Below the pieces are notes generated by a model. It worked only from the letters and a program-made list of their open reading frames with translations, was not told the origin of the DNA and ran no database searches. Shown here one piece after another: positions 50,481 to 60,634 of a stretch of 64,000 nt of DNA. This stretch comes from an uncultured delta proteobacterium (GTDB taxonomy: Bacteria; Desulfobacterota; Syntrophobacteria; Syntrophobacterales; Syntrophobacteraceae). The position numbers and the translations under genes are program-made. Numbering within the stretch: the stretch's first letter is position 1; each line of letters begins with the position of its first letter. The DNA lies in assembly GCA_963808625.1 (NCBI GenBank), contig CAWEHK010000018.1:128001-192000 (forward strand), in the 5' to 3' direction.

Positions 50481-51293
50481 GCTCCTGTCCTTCCTCTGAA
50501 TGCCGGTGAATCAGATCTGTCGGTGCTCGCAACCCGCAGGAGTATCAGCCCCGACTGTCAGCCCGATCTCCAGGCGCTGAGATGAATATCATTAGTCTCC
50601 GATGTTCCTGGCGCCATTTCAGTAGCAGCAGAGAGCCAGGCTCTTGGGGTGATCCCCGCTTCCCACAGCGACCGCTTAAAGCATGCGGAAGGCAAGCTTC
50701 TCGATGGTGACGAAGGGAAGCAACCCAAACCGAAACGGGTGCACAGGCGCATTTGCAGATAACGAAGATCCGCTGCGATAGCAGCTTCGAACCGCACCTG
50801 AAGGACCAGCCGACATGACGCTGATGAATATAATACATCCTTTCCGTCTTGCATAGACTGAACGGGCGGAAACGATGACTTCCCGTTGCGGGACCGCTCC
50901 CCTTCGATTCACGAAACCGAGAAGAAGCCCCGGCCGACCTGATTATGTTCTCCATCATTGAGGGCCATATTTTCGAGGGGAAAGCCATAACCGGTTGCTT
51001 TACTCCTTATACCACCCCGCCGGCCCTCAAATCTTGAGGCAGGAGCATTATTTCATCTCTCATCCTCCCCAAACTCGCATGTACGGACCGGTTGCACCGA
51101 AAAAACTCTTGACATGTCGGTTCGGGGGTAATACTTCGGTTTTCTGTGAACGCTGTTGAATAAGAACTCGACCATCAACTCTCCCGCACCAGACCCGGAA
51201 ATTTTAGATCTCGCGAAAGAGACGCTTCTTTGCTGCCAGAGGCGTGCTGCCTATCTGCCCCAGAAGGCCTACATTGCCAAGAAGGAGAAAAGC

Positions 51294-52280
51294 ATGAAAT
51301 CGACACCCTTTGTCAAAGCCCTCAGCTTCCTCATCGTTCTTGCTCTCATCACCATCTGGAATGGTCCCGGCGGCCTTCCCACGGCACGAGCTTATGATCT
51401 ACCCCCCGGCCTGAACCTGGGTTTGACCAGCTTTCTCGACGGGGGACCGCCGGCCGGCCCGGGATTCTATTTCACTCAGTATTTTCAATATTATACAGCA
51501 AGCAAGTTGGCTGGTCCCAATGGCAATGAACTTCTGCCCCCGTTCGCAGGAGAAAGGTTAAATGTCTATGCCTTTGCTTCCCAGTTTATCTACCAGTCAA
51601 ACCAGAGTGTGCTGCTGGGCGGCAAATGGGGCCTCGACTTGATCATCCCGGTTATCGTGACGGACCTTTCCTATGGCAGCTCGGGACCTTTTCCACAGAG
51701 TAACGGTGCCGGGCTCGGAGACATCTACGTAGGGCCTTTCCTCCAGTGGGATCCCGTCATGGGCTGCAACGGTCCCCTCTTCGTGCACAGGGTCGAGCTG
51801 CAAATGATTTTTCCCACCGGAAAATATGACAACGACAAAGCGGTAAACCCGGGCAGCAATTTCTTTTCGTTCGATCCATACTGGGCGGCAACGCTATTCA
51901 TCATGCCCGGATGGGAGTTTTCTACGCGCGTCCATTACCTTTGGAACGCCAAGAACAATGATCCGAATCGTGTCTTTGTTGGTGCGGATAGCACCCGGGC
52001 CGGTCAGGCGGTCCATCTCAATTTTGCCAGCTCTTATGAAATTCTCGAGAAGAGACTCCACGCAGGAGTGAACGGCTACTACCTTAAGCAGGTCACCGAC
52101 ACGCAAGTAGACAGTGACGGCATAAGCGGGAGCAAGGAGCAGGTCCTTGGCATCGGTCCCGGCCTGGTCTACCATTGGTCTCAAGACACTCATTTCTTCT
52201 TCAATGTATATTTTGAAACAGCAGTTGAGAATCGAGCTCAAGGGCAGCGATATAATTTCCGTTTCGTCCATCACTTTTAG
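51294..52280 (+). CDS. Outer membrane beta-barrel, SphA/MetA-pathway (COG4313) family
   Basis: Signal peptide, NLGLTSFLDG, GLGDI, PTGKYD, GYYLKQVTD and a C-terminal Phe. Confidence 0.8.
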   Translation: MKSTPFVKALSFLIVLALITIWNGPGGLPTARAYDLPPGLNLGLTSFLDGGPPAGPGFYFTQYFQYYTASKLAGPNGNELLPPFAGERLNVYAFASQFIYQSNQSVLLGGKWGLDLIIPVIVTDLSYGSSGPFPQSNGAGLGDIYVGPFLQWDPVMGCNGPLFVHRVELQMIFPTGKYDNDKAVNPGSNFFSFDPYWAATLFIMPGWEFSTRVHYLWNAKNNDPNRVFVGADSTRAGQAVHLNFASSYEILEKRLHAGVNGYYLKQVTDTQVDSDGISGSKEQVLGIGPGLVYHWSQDTHFFFNVYFETAVENRAQGQRYNFRFVHHF

Positions 52281-52303
52281 TCCTCTTGGGTAAGATCGGA
52301 TCG

Positions 52304-52326
52304 AGGCGCGGTCAGTGACCGCGCCT
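52304..52326 (+). terminator. Hairpin downstream of the SphA-like gene
   Basis: Perfect stem AGGCGCGGTC-AGT-GACCGCGCCT with no clear U-tract. Confidence 0.45.
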
Positions 52327-52572
52327 GATCACTCCGCCTTCAACGGGATTGCGCGGATTGCGAATTTCAGATTGCGGAAACGGGAGCTCAGCTTGTCGGT
52401 CGACCGTTGTTTGTTTTTTGGAGTCCTCAGTTTGGTCCAAACTCCCATTTTTTTGTTGAAAAAGCGTGAAGCATCCTTTAATAGCTTAAGAATATTCGGA
52501 AAACTCGGGGATTGACAGAGGATTGAGGCGCCTTCTCAAGGATTCGGTCCTAAAGAGAGAAAGGAAGAGACC

Positions 52573-52860
52573 ATGACCGTGACCAAAGCCCATATCGTGG
52601 AAAACCTTTTTGCCAAGAACATTTTCACCAAGACCGAATCGGCTCAAATCATAGAAACCCTTTTTGAAATCGTGAAAGACTCTCTCGAGGAGGGAGATGA
52701 CGTTCTCATCAGCGGGTTTGGCAAGTTCAGCGTCAAAGAAAAAAACCAACGCCGCGGGCGCAATCCGCAAACGGGTGACCCGATCCTCCTGGCACCGCGC
52801 AAAGTGGTTACCTTCAAATGTTCCGGCGTTTTGAGAGAGCGGATCAACAGAGGGAAGTAG
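52573..52860 (+). CDS. ihfA: Integration host factor subunit alpha
   Basis: TKAHIVE, ISGFGKF, GRNPQTG and RKVVTFK motifs. Confidence 0.9.
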   Translation: MTVTKAHIVENLFAKNIFTKTESAQIIETLFEIVKDSLEEGDDVLISGFGKFSVKEKNQRRGRNPQTGDPILLAPRKVVTFKCSGVLRERINRGK

Positions 52861-52882
52861 GGGGCGGGTTCAATTGAAACCC

Positions 52883-54236
52883 TCAGTGCGGTTGGGAGAG
52901 GCAACTCGTTTCCAACCGCCGGATTACGTACTCCACCTGACGCTTCAACTTGCTTCTTTGTTCCTTCATCTCTTTGCTCATTTCATTCACCGCATGCAAG
53001 ACGGAACTATGGCTGCGCCTGAATGACTGCCCGATCGAAACGAGGGATTGCGTCGTGTACTGACGACAGAGGTACATGGCGATTTTTCTGGCCGTGGCGA
53101 TCTCCTTGCGACGTGATTTCGAATTCAATTCCTCCAGCGAAATCTGAAAGCTGTCGCATACCACCTGTTGGATGTTGCCCACGCTGATCTTGGGAAGATA
53201 ATCCAGCATGGTCTGGGTAACTTCCTGAGCCAAGCGAAGCGAAACGGGAACCCCCAAGATATTCGTCTTGGCGATGATCCCCACAATGCAACTCTCAAGC
53301 TGGCGCACGTCACTGGTAATGCGGTCGGCCAGAAACTCCATCACTTCAACCGGTATCGTCACGTTTTCGTAGCAGGTCTTGCGTCTGATGATTTCAAGTC
53401 TGGTCTTGAAATCAGGCCGTTCGATCGGAGCCACCAAAAAACCACTCAGCCGCGACTGCAGTTCGTTGGTCAGTTTCGGGATATCCTTGGGATAAAAGCT
53501 GCCTGTGCAGAGCACCTTCTTTCCCCGGTCCATGAGCTCATCCAGGGTATAGACCAGTTCGCTCTGAAGCTTCTCCTTGCCGCTCAAGAATTCGACTCTC
53601 TCCAGCAGCAGAACATCACAAGCACAGCGGTACCGGTTCTTGAAGGCCTCGATACTGCCGTTCTTGAGGGCAAAAACCATCTCGTTGGCAAACTGTTCGC
53701 TCGTAACATACTGAACCGAAACCTGCGGCTCTTGCTTAATCAGGAGGTTGCCGACCGCATGAGAGAGATGGCTCTTTCCCAGCCCCGATTCGGAGAGCAA
53801 ATATACCGATTGATTATAAAATTGTTGGCCGCTCGCCACTGCCATGGACGCAGCGTAAGCAAAATGGTTGCAGTTCCCGACCACAAACTGGTCAAAGGTG
53901 AAACGTGGGTTGAACGTCAACCCCGGGCGACGGATCAGTTGGCCGAAATTGGCCTGCAGAGGCCCTGCCGTTTGGTCCTCAGCATCATTTGGATGCCCGC
54001 GAATGATTTGATATTCGATCTTGCGAACTTCAGGGAAGTGAGGATGCGCAAGACGGAGCAGAGCTCTCCTCCATCTTCTCGCGCAACCAATCAACGTGGA
54101 GACGATTACGGCAGCCAAGGAGGAGTCGGTCATCCTCAATTCCCAGGAAATCGATGGTAGACACCCACAGGTCGTACTGACCTCGAGGAAGGCAATTTTG
54201 CAGCGCTTTCTTAATTGTCTGCCACTTCTGATCCAT
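52883..54236 (-). CDS. dnaA: DnaA-family protein, divergent paralog (apparent +1 frameshift near 54066)
   Basis: Domain [14 protein letters not shown], then [31 protein letters not shown] and domain [12 protein letters not shown]. Confidence 0.85.
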
Positions 54237-54906
54237 GTCGATTTCCACTCTCCACCCGAAACAAGACTCTGGATGAGACTGCCCGCACCTGTCCAACCTA
54301 TGCCAATTAAGTGATAATGAGATTTGTGGAACGTTGCCGGAATACACCGAAGTGCGAGTCGCACTTCCTTTAAAGCTCACCCAAGAATTGGGCACTTCAT
54401 AACGGACAAAACGATTCAGGTCAAAGTCGATACCGGTGATTCTCGGAAGGAATAGAAGAAAGTCCACCCAGAGAAATTATCCCAGAATGAACTGGTGTTA
54501 GCCGGTGAAATGAGATAAACGCTTGAGACTCAATGGTTTTTCGCTTATAAAACTTTTATAAATGAAATCAGATTATTAGCACATCGTTCAATGTATCGTT
54601 CTCTAATTATGCTCAGATTGAACTTCAATTTCCTGCCCTTTTCTCACAAAATCACATTTCCTCATTTTACCGCCCGGTCATGTCGTGAAACCAAGCGACT
54701 AAAAAAACCTCTCGCCGTGCTTATCATTTAAAAGGGTTTCGATGATATACTCGGCACGGTCGCGGACAGCGCTTTTTAGTTCACGACCGGACTCACGGAG
54801 AGATCCCGGGGATAGTGCTTCTCCGCAATCCCTGGTGCTTGTGGCGATACCTGCCGTCGGGAACTCGGATTTCAGGCATGAACAGCCTATATAGGAAGAA
54901 ATACAG

Positions 54907-55473
54907 GTGGTGATTATCCCAACACGCAGCCAATGCCTGGTTCTCATGGATCAGGAGAAGATGCCGGAGCATATTAAAAATCACAGTTTTATGGTCGCTC
55001 AAATTGCAGTATATTTGGGTGGACTTTTGAATCAAAACAGTGTCCGCCTCAATATTGAACTGCTGGAGGCCGGGGCCCTGCTTCACGACATTGCTAAAGA
55101 GCGGACGCTTGCCACCGGTGAACGGCATGAAAAAGTGGGAGGCCGGATGGTGGAGGAATGGGGCTACACTCTGCTCTCGCCCATCGTCAAGGAACATGTA
55201 ATTCTGGATGCCACCCTTCTCGGTGGGCCGATTACCGAATCGCTGCTGGTCAATTATGCCGACAAACGAGTAAAGCACGACCAGATCGTTTCCCTTGGGG
55301 AACGATTCTCCGACCTGATCGATCGTTACGCGAAGACAGAAGCACACAGGGTCTGGCTCCAGGAGAAATACGCTCTCTATGTGCTTTTGGAATCCAAGAT
55401 TTTTGAGCATCTCATCATAAACCCGGAGGATCTGGGCCGTCGCCTGGCCAAAAAGGCAGTACTCAATGGTTGA
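54907..55473 (+). CDS. HD-domain metal-dependent phosphohydrolase
   Basis: HIKNHS, LLHDIAK and VNYADKRV motifs. Confidence 0.85.
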   Translation: MVIIPTRSQCLVLMDQEKMPEHIKNHSFMVAQIAVYLGGLLNQNSVRLNIELLEAGALLHDIAKERTLATGERHEKVGGRMVEEWGYTLLSPIVKEHVILDATLLGGPITESLLVNYADKRVKHDQIVSLGERFSDLIDRYAKTEAHRVWLQEKYALYVLLESKIFEHLIINPEDLGRRLAKKAVLNG

Positions 55474-55521
55474 TCGAAATGAGTTCTTACAAGCGGCCGC
55501 AGGCCGAAGAACAGGAGACTT

Positions 55522-56457
55522 ATGGCTGACAAGAGATTGACCGTGGCTCTATTGGCTGGAGGAAAATCCGCCGAACGCGACGTTTCCCTGAAAAGCGGGG
55601 AGCAAGTTTTCCGGGCACTCGACAAGGAGCGTTACGAGATCATGCGCTACGATCCGCGTGACGACCTGCCGCGCCTGGCAACGGACGCTGATCGCATTGA
55701 CGTGGCACTGATCATTCTGCACGGCCGCCTGGGAGAGGATGGCACCATTCAGGGATTTCTGGATTTGCTCAACGTTCCTTATCAGGGAAGCGGCGTTCTG
55801 GGAAGCGCCCTGGCCATGAACAAGATTCTCAGCAAACAGCTGTACGTTCAGGCGGGGCTGCCGACGGCACCGTTCGCCGTGCTGGATCGGACGGGGACAG
55901 TCGAAGCCGCGAGCGTGCTCGATCAACTGGGACTCCCGGTAGTGGTGAAACCGGAGCATGAAGGGTCCAGCATTGGCCTGACTATTGTTAGAAGTGCCGA
56001 ACAGCTTCACAAGGCACTCGAAGAGGCCTGGCAGTTTGACCGGCGTTGCCTGGTGGAGAAGTTCATTGGCGGAGTGGAAGTGACGGGCGGAGTGCTGGGA
56101 AACGATTCCCTGCAGGCGTTGCCGTTGATCGAAATCGTCCCCGGTGCGGGTCATGAGTTCTTCGACTATACTGCAAAATATACCCCCGGCGCTTCCCAGG
56201 AAATCTGCCCCGCAAGGCTCTCCCCGGAACTCACCGCAAGAGCAAGGGATTACGCGCTGCGCGCTCACCAGGCCTTGTGCTGCAGGGGCTACAGTCGCAC
56301 CGACATGATCGTGTCGGACGATGAAATTATTATCCTTGAGACCAACACCATCCCGGGGATGACTCAGACCAGCCTTTTCCCTCAGGCTGCGGCAGTTGCC
56401 GGCATGCCCTTCCCGAAATTGCTGGACCGCCTGATCGAACTGGCTCTGGAGAAGTGA
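55522..56457 (+). CDS. ddl: D-alanine--D-alanine ligase
   Basis: GGKSAERDVSLKSG, LHGRLGEDG, EGSSIG, FDYTAKY and ETNTIPGMT motifs. Confidence 0.96.
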   Translation: MADKRLTVALLAGGKSAERDVSLKSGEQVFRALDKERYEIMRYDPRDDLPRLATDADRIDVALIILHGRLGEDGTIQGFLDLLNVPYQGSGVLGSALAMNKILSKQLYVQAGLPTAPFAVLDRTGTVEAASVLDQLGLPVVVKPEHEGSSIGLTIVRSAEQLHKALEEAWQFDRRCLVEKFIGGVEVTGGVLGNDSLQALPLIEIVPGAGHEFFDYTAKYTPGASQEICPARLSPELTARARDYALRAHQALCCRGYSRTDMIVSDDEIIILETNTIPGMTQTSLFPQAAAVAGMPFPKLLDRLIELALEK

Positions 56458-56493
56458 AAGAAGAACCGGCATGACGGGGAACGCTTTGCGGCC

Positions 56494-58116
56494 TCATGGC
56501 AGGACTCTGTTGACTTTGAGCAGGGCCTGCCTCACCTGAACGCTCTTGCGCTCATAGCCTCCAGCAAACAATTCAAGGACCGACTCTGCAAAAGGCTTCT
56601 CGGTGTCAACCTTCAGAAGAGTCTCACCGGGGATTTCGCTGAGGGGTTCGAAGGACCTTACCATATCGCTCAAATGCCTGAGACGGGCATCGGAAATGCC
56701 TTGCTTCCGGTCCCGTTTCTCCAGTCGCTCCCTGAGGGTCTCCTCCGGACAAACACACTCCACAAAGATCAGGTTGGTATCCAGGTCCGCCGCCAATTGT
56801 CGGGCTGCTTCCCGCCATTTACTTTGGGAAAAGGTCGCATCAAGGACTACGGAATGGCCTTTCTTGAGCTGCTCCTGCGCCAGAGCGAGCATTCGCGCAT
56901 AGACCCGCTGCCTCAGCGCAACGCGATAAATTCCCTGGCCGAACGGCACGTCATCTTCGTGTGGAGCGGAATCTCCCCTCCCCTCTTTTCGAATCCGATC
57001 CGACTGAAAGAGGGTCATCGACAGAGCCTGAGAGAGTTCTTCGGCCAGCGCCGATTTCCCCGTTGCAGGAAGGCCGCAAAGCACCCACAGGGTGGGACGG
57101 CTAAACTGCAGGGCGTAGCGATAGGCCTGCTCCAAGTAGTCCCTTGCACTAGCCTGCAAAGCAAACCGCGCCTCGGGGCCTTCCACTTCCGTAGACCTGA
57201 GGCAGGCCACCTTGACTTTCACCAAAGCCCGGTAGACAGTATAGAAATCAAGCAGCGAATAGCACTGGTAATCTCTTGAGTGCTCCGCGTAGGCCGAAAC
57301 AACCAGGCTGCCGGCATCGGAGCAGCCCAAAAACTCAAGGTCCATGTGGAGAAAGGCAAGGTCGGAAACAACATCACCGTAGCGGAACCGGTCGTTGAAC
57401 TCCACGCAGTCAATAATCTGTATCCCATTGAAAAGATAGACGTGCTCCGCACGCAGGTCCCCGTGACCATCCCGGATGCACCCCTTGCGCACACGGTCTT
57501 CAAAGAGTTCGTGCCGGTCATGAAAAAAGGCCCGACTTACCTCACGGATGAATTCCCATCGCTCGCGCTCCAGGAATTCGTCCACGAAGGGTTCCACTTG
57601 CTGGAAATTCTCCTCCATGTTGAAGGCAATCACTGCGGGGTCGCCATAATGGTCGATTTCGCCGGTTCTGGCACTCCCTGAATAAAACTCCGCCAGCTTA
57701 CGGCCGAGTTGCCGCATCTCCTCAGGGCTGATTGCGCCTCGCTTCAGCAGTTCCATCAGGTTTGCCTCATCCGGCAGGCGTTTCATTCTGACGGCATACT
57801 CCAACGGCGTTCCGCCGTCGAGAAAGAACCGGCCGGTCTCATCGCGGCAGATGCCCACCACCTTATCGTACACACCGCTGGTAAGGCGCTGATTCAGGAG
57901 CACTTCTCGTTCACAGAAGTGGCGTCTGGCACCGAGGGTGCGAAAATCAAGGAACCCGAAATCAACCGGCTTCTTCAGTTTGTAGACCCGGTCTCCGGCA
58001 AGAAATACTTTTGATATGTGGGTTTCCCGGCATTCGACGAGGGTAACGGCATGAGGATAAAAAGCCGGGTCAGCCATGGCCGCGCAAATTTCTTGAAAAA
58101 CCGGGAGACTGTCCAT
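56494..58116 (-). CDS. Bifunctional aminoglycoside-phosphotransferase-like / AAA_33 kinase protein
   Basis: ETHIS, YKLKKPV, DGHGDL and DCVEFN motifs, followed by GLPATGKS and SDRIRK. Confidence 0.85.
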   Translation of the reverse strand: MDSLPVFQEICAAMADPAFYPHAVTLVECRETHISKVFLAGDRVYKLKKPVDFGFLDFRTLGARRHFCEREVLLNQRLTSGVYDKVVGICRDETGRFFLDGGTPLEYAVRMKRLPDEANLMELLKRGAISPEEMRQLGRKLAEFYSGSARTGEIDHYGDPAVIAFNMEENFQQVEPFVDEFLERERWEFIREVSRAFFHDRHELFEDRVRKGCIRDGHGDLRAEHVYLFNGIQIIDCVEFNDRFRYGDVVSDLAFLHMDLEFLGCSDAGSLVVSAYAEHSRDYQCYSLLDFYTVYRALVKVKVACLRSTEVEGPEARFALQASARDYLEQAYRYALQFSRPTLWVLCGLPATGKSALAEELSQALSMTLFQSDRIRKEGRGDSAPHEDDVPFGQGIYRVALRQRVYARMLALAQEQLKKGHSVVLDATFSQSKWREAARQLAADLDTNLIFVECVCPEETLRERLEKRDRKQGISDARLRHLSDMVRSFEPLSEIPGETLLKVDTEKPFAESVLELFAGGYERKSVQVRQALLKVNRVLP

Positions 58117-58135
58117 GGCAGGATACTGGCAGGGG

Positions 58136-58909
58136 TTACTTGGTGCGCTCGATACAGGCGTAAGCGCTGTGATTGTGGATGGATTCAAAATTCTCGACGT
58201 CGACAAGGAACCAGCAGATGTTGGAATCTTGTTTCAAATCGTAAGCGATATCGCGAACGACATCTTCCACGAACTTGGGATTATCGAAGGCTTTCTCGGT
58301 CACGAATTTTTCGTCGGGCCGTTTGAGCACCGAATAGACCTCACAGGATGCGGCGTATTCGACCATCCGCACCAAATCTTCGATCCACAGGAAGCGCTTA
58401 AAGCGCACCGCCAGCCGCACCAGGCCTCGCTGGTTGTGGGCGCCCTGATTGCTGATCTCTTTCGAACAGGGGCAAACGGTGGTGATGGGTACGTTGACTT
58501 CAAGGACAAGATCATAGCCGTTCTTGCGATCCAGGGAACCGGAAACGCGACAGCCGTATTCCATCATGCCGGCCGTTGCCGTGATCGGCGAGTGCTTCTT
58601 GACAAAATAAGGGAAGGTGATCTCGATATGAGCCGATTCGGCCTGAAGCCGCTCCTGCATGGATTCGAGAATGGCCCGGAATTCACGAATGTCCAGATTG
58701 CCGTGAAATTCGTTCAGGATCTCTATGAAACGGCTCATGTGGGTGCCCTTGAAGCTCCGGGGCAGGTTGACGTACATATTGATGGAGGCGACGGTATGCT
58801 GTAAGCCGTGGTGTTTGTCCATCACCGTGATGGGATAACGAATGTCTTTGACACCCACCTTGTCTACGTTGATGTTCCGGTGGTCCGCCTGATTCTGAAC
58901 GTCGATCAT
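58136..58909 (-). CDS. folE2: GTP cyclohydrolase I type B
   Basis: KGTHMSRF, CPCSKEIS, GAHNQR, KFVEDVVR and ESIHNHSA motifs. Confidence 0.96.
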   Translation of the reverse strand: MIDVQNQADHRNINVDKVGVKDIRYPITVMDKHHGLQHTVASINMYVNLPRSFKGTHMSRFIEILNEFHGNLDIREFRAILESMQERLQAESAHIEITFPYFVKKHSPITATAGMMEYGCRVSGSLDRKNGYDLVLEVNVPITTVCPCSKEISNQGAHNQRGLVRLAVRFKRFLWIEDLVRMVEYAASCEVYSVLKRPDEKFVTEKAFDNPKFVEDVVRDIAYDLKQDSNICWFLVDVENFESIHNHSAYACIERTK

Positions 58910-58920
58910 GGAAGTCTTTC

Positions 58921-59688
58921 TTATAGGTTCATGACGTTTTGGGCGATTTCCTCGAAACCTGCAAGCGTCTCCTTTGCCAAATCTTCAGGAAAGACCCCGC
59001 GAAGGTCGGCTTCGATGATCTGTTCATCGTAGGGAATAAAGCCCAGAAAACGAAAATCGGACAAAGCGCTTCTCAAGAAATCCCGGTCTTTGCTGCTGCG
59101 GATTTTGTTGCCTACCAGGAAAACTTTCCGCAGCCCGATGTCTCCGGCCAGATCCTTGATCTTAAGGGCCGTATCGATACTCCTCCGCCCGGGTTCCACG
59201 ACCACGATCAGGCAATCGACGGAACCGGAAGTTGCCCGCCCGAGATGTTCGATGCCGGCCTCCATATCCATCACCACCACCTCATCGCGCCTCAGGATGA
59301 GATGCTGCACCAGGTTCTTGAGCAGGACGCTTTCGGGGCAAACACATCCCATGCCCCCTTTCTTTACTCCGCCCATGACCATCAAACGAATGCCGTCGCC
59401 GATTGTGACAGCGAGCTTTTCAGGAAGGTCATCGACCTGCGGATTCATTTTGAAGAAACCGCCAAAGCTTCCCGGAACGGATTCGGTGCGCTCCGCGACG
59501 AGGTCCTTCATTGCAGAAATGGGAACGATATCGGAGGCTCCTCCGGTTCCCAACCCGTGAGCCAGATTCGCATCCGGGTCGGCATCAATGGCCAGGACAT
59601 TCTTTCCCTGGCCTGCAAACCACCTTGCCAGAAAAGCTGAAAGCGTGGTTTTGCCAACCCCGCCCTTACCGCTGACGGCAATCTTCAA
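58921..59688 (-). CDS. cooC: CO dehydrogenase nickel-insertion ATPase (CooC/AcsF)
   Basis: SGKGGVGKTT, IDADPDANL, GCVCP and DMEAGIEHLGR motifs. Confidence 0.9.
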   Translation of the reverse strand: MKIAVSGKGGVGKTTLSAFLARWFAGQGKNVLAIDADPDANLAHGLGTGGASDIVPISAMKDLVAERTESVPGSFGGFFKMNPQVDDLPEKLAVTIGDGIRLMVMGGVKKGGMGCVCPESVLLKNLVQHLILRRDEVVVMDMEAGIEHLGRATSGSVDCLIVVVEPGRRSIDTALKIKDLAGDIGLRKVFLVGNKIRSSKDRDFLRSALSDFRFLGFIPYDEQIIEADLRGVFPEDLAKETLAGFEEIAQNVMNL

Positions 59689-59814
59689 AGCGAATTACCC
59701 CCAATTCCATATGGCTCCCGGCTCTCAACTGCTTTCCTGTGAGAACACGGGACCCTTCGATCATCGATCAGAATGAACATCACTTCTACCCGCCACCTCT
59801 GCGTTGCCCCCCGA

Positions 59815-60447
59815 TTAATGACTCCTGGCAATTCCCATCAGCCGGTAAACCAGCATTCCACTCAAAACGGCAACATCCTCAGCGGCGAGCTCCTGCCGAA
59901 TGTTGGCGTCAAAAAGAATACCGGCTTCCGGCGGAAACTCGTCATCACCCCTCCAAAGGACCAGCTGAATGGCGATTCGAGGCAGCACCTGAAAGGCGAG
60001 GCCCACATCCCCGGCCGCCACTTCGCGACCGCCGAGCATTCGCCCACACCGTTGGAAGAGCTCAGGATCCTTACCAAAAGTTCCCAGGAACGGGTCCCTT
60101 GCACGCCTCTGAAAAGCTTCGAAGTAGAAATGGCCGTCGGGAATCTGGCGAAAGGTAATGAGCTCACCCTTAGGCGGTTCCCCCGAAGCGTGGAGAAGAT
60201 AGTGGCAGAGAAGTATTTTCTCCGGGAGGGACACTTCCTGATGGTCCCCTTCTCTCCTTATGGCGACGTTTTCACCGACCCGGACATGGCAGGGTGCACC
60301 GAAAAAGGGCACGATCAGGACAGGTATCCCTTCTTCAGAAAGCGCCATGTCAACTTGAGCAAGCCGCACCGCCCTTTGAAGGTCCGCTCTTTTCAGTTCT
60401 TCCGAAGCGAGCCGAAAAGACTCCTTGTAGTCGTCTATGCGTGCCAC
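59815..60447 (-). CDS. DUF3786-family protein
   Basis: ILLCHYL, FRQIPDG, LPRIAI and DDEFPP..LFD motifs. Confidence 0.8.
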   Translation of the reverse strand: MARIDDYKESFRLASEELKRADLQRAVRLAQVDMALSEEGIPVLIVPFFGAPCHVRVGENVAIRREGDHQEVSLPEKILLCHYLLHASGEPPKGELITFRQIPDGHFYFEAFQRRARDPFLGTFGKDPELFQRCGRMLGGREVAAGDVGLAFQVLPRIAIQLVLWRGDDEFPPEAGILFDANIRQELAAEDVAVLSGMLVYRLMGIARSH

Positions 60448-60634
60448 TTCTCTTCTGCTTCCTCTCTTTTTCATTTGCCCTTGAATACTAACACGTTTAT
60501 GCTAGAAAGCACAAACGATCCGGATATTTTGGAGTGCAAGGCACCTGATCGTTAGGCACCATCCTTCGTTAAAGCCTTTTAGGCCTTTGTTCCCGTAAAA
60601 GCACAGAACGTTGCTGCGAAGGAGAAATCTCCCA

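Noticed and set aside
12780..54070. Programmed ribosomal frameshifting or true pseudogenes at the frame breaks
   Set aside because: No consistent slippery sites, unrelated gene families, and both insertions and deletions. Assembly error is the simpler explanation.
54240..54900. Chromosomal origin oriC
   Set aside because: I found no cluster of consensus TTATCCACA boxes and no dnaN/gyrB/rpmH context.
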